The notes below the pieces were generated by a model. It had not been told where the DNA came from. It worked only from the letters and a program-made list of their open reading frames with translations, and made no database searches. 15,775 bases of DNA, taken from Candidatus Aenigmatarchaeota archaeon (GTDB lineage Archaea > Aenigmatarchaeota > Aenigmatarchaeia > GW2011-AR5 > JAGGXF01). Of the stretch, positions 1 through 5,259 are shown one piece after another. Position numbers and translations under genes: made by a program. Position 1 is the stretch's first letter, and every line of letters begins with the position of its first letter. The stretch spans positions 1-15,775 of the forward strand of contig JAOZPR010000016.1 of the NCBI GenBank assembly GCA_029932645.1, written 5' to 3'.

Positions 1-2
1 TC

Positions 3-269
3 ATGATGAATAAAAAAATTGCAATTAGTTCTATAAGAATAAATTATAACAGTACCAGACACCCTCTTTTCTTCTTTAAAAACTTAATATTAGAGTCTAA
101 CCAAACAATAACATTAACAACAGAAAATTATCAGGAATACGGAATTACCGATGAAGCTTTCTATATAGAGAGTTGTGGTGCTATAAATCCTTCCCATTCC
201 TTTATCGAGATTATGACCTCCGAAGGCTCTGTATTTTATAGGTTTTTAAATCCGAAATACCTAAAATAA
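3..269 (+). CDS. Hypothetical protein, probably 5'-truncated by the window edge; AT-rich
   Basis: Open frame from the window edge to TAA at 267-269. No recognisable motif. The stop overlaps the convergent ORF ending at 261. Confidence 0.5.
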   Translation: MMNKKIAISSIRINYNSTRHPLFFFKNLILESNQTITLTTENYQEYGITDEAFYIESCGAINPSHSFIEIMTSEGSVFYRFLNPKYLK

Positions 270-410
270 TCCCAGTTTCTTCAAAGTCTTATTATATAAT
301 GTAATTTTCCTGTCTTTTTTAGCCCTCTCTTTTATCCGTCTCAACGTCTCCTCATTCAAACCTATCCTTCTCGCCTCAGCATAGCTCATATTTGCCAAGC
401 TTTTCTTCAA
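261..410 (-). CDS. Small basic HTH-like protein resembling the C-terminal HTH of casposon Cas1 (casposase)/PolB; stand-alone gene or remnant
   Basis: Manual translation from TTG at 410 (alternative ATG at 389): LKKSLANMSYAEARRIGLNEETLRRIKERAKKDRKITLYNKTLKKLGLF*. An in-frame TAA lies upstream at 417-419. A purine-rich tract and TTTATAAA lie upstream on the - strand. The family resemblance is recalled, not searched. Confidence 0.6.
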   Translation of the reverse strand: MKKSLANMSYAEARRIGLNEETLRRIKERAKKDRKITLYNKTLKKLGLF

Positions 411-488
411 AAAAGATTATCTTTTTCCTTTTTATTTTTATTTTATAAACCTATATACACAATCTTACTCGATTTTAAACGTGATAGC

Positions 489-1118
489 ATGCTTCTCAAA
501 ATTTATGAAACTCTGTTAAAACATTTTGGTCCTCAAGCCTGGTGGCCTGTACGCGGCAAAGCCAATCCGGTTTATGAAATATGTGTTGGCGCCATACTGA
601 CACAAAACACGGCTTGGGCCAATGTCGAGAAGGCCTTGGATAATTTAATAAAAATCAACATGCTCGAGCCAAAGAAAATCTTGGCAACGCCAGACAAAAA
701 ATTACAAAAACTCATAAGGCCTGCCGGCTTTTTCAACCAGAAGGCTGAGCGGCTGAAGATATTCAGCAGGTTCTTTCTTGACAACCCAAAACCAACAAGA
801 GAACAACTGCTTGCTCTCAAAGGTATTGGGCCAGAAACAGCCGACTCTATAATGCTCTATGCTTTCGACAGGCCGCACTTCGTCATAGACGCTTACACGA
901 GGCGCGTTTTTAGCCGGTTGGGGTTGGTAAAAGGAGCTGACTATGAAGAACTTCAACGATTTTTTGAAGAAAATCTGCCGAAAAAAGTCAGCCTCTATAA
1001 AGAATACCACGCGCTCATTGTCGAGCTGGCGAAAACATATTGTAAGAAAATCCCGCAGTGCGGTAAATGTCCTTTAAAAAGTGTTTGTGAGTATAATATG
1101 AAAAGTATGGGAAAGTGA
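489..1118 (+). CDS. Endonuclease III-related HhH-GPD DNA glycosylase with C-terminal [4Fe-4S] motif (COG2231-like)
   Basis: GAILTQNTAWANVEKA, HhH motif LKGIGPETADSI, VIDAYTRR and CKKIPQCGKCPLKSVC. Glu replaces the lyase Lys of true Nth. Confidence 0.9.
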   Translation: MLLKIYETLLKHFGPQAWWPVRGKANPVYEICVGAILTQNTAWANVEKALDNLIKINMLEPKKILATPDKKLQKLIRPAGFFNQKAERLKIFSRFFLDNPKPTREQLLALKGIGPETADSIMLYAFDRPHFVIDAYTRRVFSRLGLVKGADYEELQRFFEENLPKKVSLYKEYHALIVELAKTYCKKIPQCGKCPLKSVCEYNMKSMGK

Positions 1119-1840
1119 TTGAAATGACACTTAGATGTGTAATATTTGACTTGGGTGAAACCCTTGTCGAAAATACTGAAACTTTCATGAAATCCAAAGT
1201 CGAAAGGAACATGAAATACTTAGAGGCAGCAGGAATCAAACTAGCCGAAGAAGACCTAAAGCAAGCGATAAAAAAAGCCCGCGAAGATATAGACAACACA
1301 CATGGAACAACAAAAAGATTCGAGCGTGCCGCCTATTACAAGGCGCTTTTTAAACACCTTAACAAAGATTTAGACGAGAGAACGCTGGACAAGGTTTATA
1401 ACATGTATACTATAGAATGTATTGACGATATGAAACTTCTTCCCAACGCTCTTGAGGTAGTCATCTACTGTAAGGAGCTGGGACTAAAACTCATTCTCAT
1501 AACAAACGGCCGCAAAGACATGACAGATGCGATACTTGAAAAATTCGGGCTTGAAAAATATTTCGATTATGTCATAACATCATATGAGTTCGGTCATGAA
1601 AAATCGAGCCTCGAACCATTCAAACATGTTCTTGAAAAATTTGGATTGCAACCGAAAGAATGCATCGTGGTGGGCAACCGTCTTGATGAGGACATAGCAG
1701 CCAAAAAAGTCGGCATGCTCACGGTCTGGCTCAAAAGAGACGATGACAAGATTCTCGGAAAAGCAGAGGAACCGGATTTCACGATAACGCGCCTTTCCGA
1801 GCTGAAAAACATCATAGAGGGCCAACAAGAAACTTTATAA
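1115..1840 (+). CDS. HAD-superfamily hydrolase
   Basis: Motif I VIFDLGETL, motif II LITNG, motif III K (GHEKS), motif IV VGNRLDEDI. The GTG start overlaps the upstream TGA (GTGA); alternative ATG at 1124. Confidence 0.9.
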   Translation: MIEMTLRCVIFDLGETLVENTETFMKSKVERNMKYLEAAGIKLAEEDLKQAIKKAREDIDNTHGTTKRFERAAYYKALFKHLNKDLDERTLDKVYNMYTIECIDDMKLLPNALEVVIYCKELGLKLILITNGRKDMTDAILEKFGLEKYFDYVITSYEFGHEKSSLEPFKHVLEKFGLQPKECIVVGNRLDEDIAAKKVGMLTVWLKRDDDKILGKAEEPDFTITRLSELKNIIEGQQETL

Positions 1841-1841
1841 A
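1834..1841 (+). promoter_or_regulatory. Putative TATA box for tRNA-Glu
   Basis: TTTATAAA preceded by purine-rich CAAGAAAC, about 40 nt upstream of the mature tRNA 5' end. Confidence 0.45.
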
Positions 1842-1879
1842 AACTTTCTGCCGAAGTTTTAAACACGGCGTGAGATAAA

Positions 1880-1990
1880 GCTCCTGTAGTCTAGTCCGGT
1901 CAAGGATACGAGCCTCTCGAGCCAACCTTTAGAAAAGGTTGGATCCAAAGGGGAAAGCTCGGGACCCGGGTTCAAATCCCGGCGGGAGCA
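1880..1990 (+). tRNA. tRNA-Glu(CUC) with a 36-nt intron (1920-1955) at canonical position 37/38
   Basis: Acceptor GCTCCTG/CGGGAGC+A, D-arm GTCT..GGAT, anticodon stem CGAGC/GCTCG, loop CT-CTC-G^A, T-arm CCGGG-TTCAAAT-CCCGG. Intron hairpin CCAACCTTT-AGA-AAAGGTTGG. Relaxed BHB helix CUCU/GGGG. No encoded CCA. Confidence 0.93.
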
Positions 1991-2093
1991 TAATTCTCTC
2001 TAGCTATTTCGTAATTTTCATGTAATTGGAGAAAAGATTAAATGTGTTGCTATTTAAAAATAATTACACTAATAGTTGACAGTTGTGGTTAAA

Positions 2094-3008
2094 ATGAGTC
2101 GAACTTCAGATACTAATATTTATAATACAGGCCATTTTTTTCTGGGAGACTTGATTTTTCATGGTGGAATATCCTATCGTGATGTTCAAGCATATGTAAA
2201 TAAGAATACAACTTATCCTAAAGGTGCTGCTGTGGTCGGTTTTTTCGGTTCTGCGGGAATGGGCTATCGTGAAGATATAGATCTCAAAGAAAGTGCGTAC
2301 ACAATAGGAAAAGAGATAGCACTTCACGGAAAAGGATTTTCAAAAGATAAAAACCAACGACTTGTTTTATTAACTGGTGCGTGTCCTGGATTACCTCACG
2401 AAGCAGCGAAAGGAGCTTCTGATCATGGTGGTTTCGTGATTGGAGTTACAGCTGCGGACTCTTACGACACTCATAAAAAAATAGTTGGAGAAAATCTCGC
2501 ATTAGAACAAAAGAAAATATACAATATAATAGTTTGTCCTTCTTTTAAATTCCCAAAAACTGAGGAGAAGATAACACCAGATATAGTAAAGGACATGCTT
2601 AAATGGAGAAACCCGTTGAATACTGCTCTAAGTGATATTTCAATAGCAATAGGTGGGAATTATGGTACATTATATGAAATTTCCACTGCACTACATCCTG
2701 CATATTCTATTGTTGGTCTTTTTAGTCCAAACATTGAAAAATCTTTTGAAGAAATGCCAAGAGATAAACTAACAACCCCAGATTTTATTAATCTTTTTCA
2801 CGAAGAAATCGGACATAAAAAAAATGAACAAAAGATTGTATATACGAATAATCCTAGAAAATTAGTAGACGAACTTTATGAAGCATATAAAGAAAGAGAA
2901 GATAAAATTAAAAAAGAAAATATTTATCATCCATCTATGCAAAAATATATGGAAGAGCTGATTATAAATCCCCTTGAAGAAAGTATGGCTGGCTGGGGAG
3001 ACTTTTAA
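2094..3008 (+). CDS. SLOG/LOG-like (TIGR00725-type) Rossmann-fold nucleotide-binding protein with terminal extensions
   Basis: VGFFGSA, LLTGACPGLPHEAAKGA, GGFVIGV, RN..N...SD..IAIGGNYGTLYEI. ATG at 2094 preferred over TTG at 2076. Codon usage is A/T-rich. Confidence 0.8.
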   Translation: MSRTSDTNIYNTGHFFLGDLIFHGGISYRDVQAYVNKNTTYPKGAAVVGFFGSAGMGYREDIDLKESAYTIGKEIALHGKGFSKDKNQRLVLLTGACPGLPHEAAKGASDHGGFVIGVTAADSYDTHKKIVGENLALEQKKIYNIIVCPSFKFPKTEEKITPDIVKDMLKWRNPLNTALSDISIAIGGNYGTLYEISTALHPAYSIVGLFSPNIEKSFEEMPRDKLTTPDFINLFHEEIGHKKNEQKIVYTNNPRKLVDELYEAYKEREDKIKKENIYHPSMQKYMEELIINPLEESMAGWGDF

Positions 3009-3102
3009 AAGTCCGATATGTTCGTATTCATAAATACAAATAATTCTGCTAGACCGTGTCTTTAGAAAAATCATTTATATTTGTTCGGCTCAAAGAATAA
3101 TC

Positions 3103-3822
3103 ATGCGAACAGGACTTTTTGACTGGCTTTTTAATAATTACGGCGAATATGAGCAGCGCGAGAAATGGGACCGAATAGCTGACCAATGGTACGAGTTCAG
3201 ACACTATCCGCTGCTTGAAGTGAAAGACTTTGCCATGTTCATAGCAAAGCAGCCTGTTCCGCCGTGGCCGCTGAAAAAAAATGTTCTTGACATAGGAGCA
3301 GGCGCCGGCCGCAACTTGTTGCCGTTCAAAAATCATCATCTGTTTGCTTTGGATTTCTCTGGAAAGATGCTCAAGCAGGTTAAAAAATATTCCAAAAAAT
3401 TTGACCTGGACGCGACTATTGCAAAAGGTTCTGCAACAGCATTGCCATTCAAGGATAATTTCTTCGATGCCGTTTTGTGCGTGGCAACGCTGCACTGCGT
3501 TGAAACGAAAGAAGAGCGTTTAGAATGCCTGAAAGAAATGAAAAGGGTTATGAAACCGGGTGGGTTTGCTTTAATAAGCGTCTGGAACCGATGGCAATGG
3601 CGATTTTTTCCGAGAAACATATTTCTATCTGATGTCTATGTCCCATGGCACAGGCAAACCGAGGTCATAAAGCGTTTTTACCACACATTCAGCTATGGCG
3701 AGCTAGAGGAGCTCGCAAAAAAAGCGGGGTTTGATATCATAAAAACATATCCAGAGCTAAAATACTCAGGCTTCAAAAATTTCTCAGAGAATATATTTGC
3801 CATTGTGCAGAAGCCCGCGTAA
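3103..3822 (+). CDS. Class I SAM-dependent methyltransferase, Trm9/ALKBH8-like (putative tRNA wobble-uridine methyltransferase)
   Basis: VLDIGAGAGRN, ALDFS, LPFKDNFFDAVLCVATLH, RVMKPGG..LISVW, and the Trm9-type tail DVYVPW...RFYHTF...EL. The substrate is inferred. Confidence 0.85.
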   Translation: MRTGLFDWLFNNYGEYEQREKWDRIADQWYEFRHYPLLEVKDFAMFIAKQPVPPWPLKKNVLDIGAGAGRNLLPFKNHHLFALDFSGKMLKQVKKYSKKFDLDATIAKGSATALPFKDNFFDAVLCVATLHCVETKEERLECLKEMKRVMKPGGFALISVWNRWQWRFFPRNIFLSDVYVPWHRQTEVIKRFYHTFSYGELEELAKKAGFDIIKTYPELKYSGFKNFSENIFAIVQKPA

Positions 3823-3832
3823 TTGATTAGTT

Positions 3833-3971
3833 CTCGGTTGTGCTCAATCTTTCTATGAAAAATAGTAAAACAAAATAGTAAAACCAAAGGCAAGCCTGTC
3901 GGCTGATGCCTGAAAGAGAATAGCAAAGGCTCCAGCGTACAGCTGAAACCAGAGACTTCTGCCTTGCTTTT
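3833..3971 (+). repeat. Dispersed non-coding element, copy A (candidate structured RNA)
   Basis: Aligns along its length with the reverse complement of 13912-14012. GCTGAAACCAGAGACTTCTGCCTT (3942-3965) is identical in both. Contains a 13-bp tandem duplication (3859-3884) and a longer central insert. Confidence 0.9.
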
Positions 3972-4007
3972 ACAGCGGAGGTTTTGAAAACTGAGCATAA
4001 AAATCTT

Positions 4008-4015
4008 TTTAAATA
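4008..4015 (+). promoter_or_regulatory. Putative TATA box for tRNA-Leu
   Basis: TTTAAATA with an A-rich BRE-like tract upstream, ending 28 nt before the tRNA 5' end. Confidence 0.55.
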
Positions 4016-4042
4016 TTGTCTGAAATAATCTTCTACTGACAA

Positions 4043-4213
4043 GCGGAGGTACCCAAGTCTGGTCTAACCCTTTCCGCTGCGCGCAAAGCGTTAACGGAAA
4101 TGTTACAGAAAAAGGGGCTAGGCTTAGGTTATGTGACCTAAGGGCAATGCCCAGAAGCCGATGAGAAACCTAGTAGCTTAGTGCTTTCGTCAGTTCAAAT
4201 CTGGCCCTCCGCA
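4043..4213 (+). tRNA. tRNA-Leu(UAG) with two introns: about 4064-4111 (D-loop, about 20/21) and 4129-4167 (37/38)
   Basis: Acceptor GCGGAGG/CCTCCGC+A, D-stem CCC/GGG, anticodon stem CTAGG/CCTAG, loop CT-TAG-G^A, long variable arm, T-arm GTCAG-TTCAAAT-CTGGC. BHB helices TCTG/CAGA (intron 1) and CTTA/TGAG (intron 2). Confidence 0.88.
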
Positions 4214-4256
4214 TACATACACATATTATAATTATTTGTACGGTGGGTTGTTTCTA

Positions 4257-4700
4257 ATGATTCGAAAGGCCGTAGTCGGAATCGTATTTGATGGTAAGCA
4301 TTTTCTTGTCCTTCACCGCGTTCTCGGCTGGTCTGGCTGGGAATTTTCCAAAGGAGGTGTTGATGAAGGAGAAGACGAAGAGCAGGCCGTGCTGAGAGAA
4401 ATAAAAGAAGAGACTGGATTGGACGTCGAGATAATAGAGAAGGTTCCTTTTGTTATTAAATATGACTATCCTGAAGATTACAAGAAAAAATACGGCTTTG
4501 ATGAAACAGAACAAAGCGTATTCTTGGTAAAAACCACTGATAAAAAAGTAAGACTTTCCGAAGAGCATGATGAATATAAATGGCTTGACTACAATGAAGC
4601 CAGAGAAATTCTGACACACAGCAACCAAAAAGATGCGCTAGACAAGGCGTGGGAGATATTGAAAGGCGAGGAAAATGCTGATACGGAAAATAGTGAATAA
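4257..4700 (+). CDS. Nudix hydrolase (Ap4A hydrolase/RppH-like)
   Basis: Nudix box GGVDEGEDEEQAVLREIKEETGL and LSEEHDEYKW. ATG at 4257 preferred over TTG at 4236. Confidence 0.92.
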   Translation: MIRKAVVGIVFDGKHFLVLHRVLGWSGWEFSKGGVDEGEDEEQAVLREIKEETGLDVEIIEKVPFVIKYDYPEDYKKKYGFDETEQSVFLVKTTDKKVRLSEEHDEYKWLDYNEAREILTHSNQKDALDKAWEILKGEENADTENSE

Positions 4701-5142
4701 AGACGCGAAACAAGCAGCCAAACTTTTGCAGCAGGAGTTCGGCAGTGATTACAAGCCTTTCCACTTTACTGAATCGTGGCTGCTTGAGAAGATAACTTAT
4801 CCTAACGATTTGTTTCTCGTGGCTATGGAGGATAATAAGAAAAAAGACGAAAAGATTGTTGGCGTGGTCCGTGCGTGCATGGTTGACCTTGACCTTGCAG
4901 AACTTCGTAATATTGTTGTTCATAAAGAGCATCGTGGTGAAAAAATATCAGAAAACCTGATAAAAGAGATGCTTGCGCTGCTGAAGAAAAAGGGAATGCG
5001 CAAGGTTATAACAAGAACAAAGGCTGATAACAAACCAGCGCTGGCGCTCTTCCGTAAGCTAGGTTTCAAAAAGGAAGGCTATTTTCCAGAGCATTTTCGG
5101 CGCGGTGTGGATATTGTGCAGATGTATAAGTTCTTAAAATAA
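4675..5142 (+). CDS. GNAT-family N-acetyltransferase (RimI-like)
   Basis: IVVHKEHRGEKIS (motif A variant) and NKPALALFRKLGFKKEG. A GAGG RBS lies upstream; overlaps the Nudix gene end. Confidence 0.9.
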   Translation: MLIRKIVNKDAKQAAKLLQQEFGSDYKPFHFTESWLLEKITYPNDLFLVAMEDNKKKDEKIVGVVRACMVDLDLAELRNIVVHKEHRGEKISENLIKEMLALLKKKGMRKVITRTKADNKPALALFRKLGFKKEGYFPEHFRRGVDIVQMYKFLK

Positions 5143-5259
5143 AAAACACTGCAACTTTTCAGAATCTAAAAAAATATAAATGGCGCCTGCAATAACTATC
5201 TATGGTAACTTGTTCATAATCATGAACTTATCATGGAATTATATTCAGGAGGCAACAAA

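Noticed and set aside
3886..3965. Element as a hammerhead ribozyme, group I intron core (CAGAGACU), SECIS or c-di-GMP-I riboswitch
   Set aside because: No CUGANGA or GUH for a hammerhead, and no P7 partner for a group I intron. No in-frame UGA gene upstream for a SECIS. The GUAAAACC resemblance lacks the GAAA loop and the GACGCAAA segment of c-di-GMP-I.
3693..4042. Minus-strand ORFs 3693-3998 and 3827-4042, and ORF 13943-14134, overlapping the repeated element
   Set aside because: Indels between the copies break the frames. Copy B has an in-frame TAA just upstream of the KAEVSGFS-like frame. Peptide similarity is only a by-product of DNA similarity.
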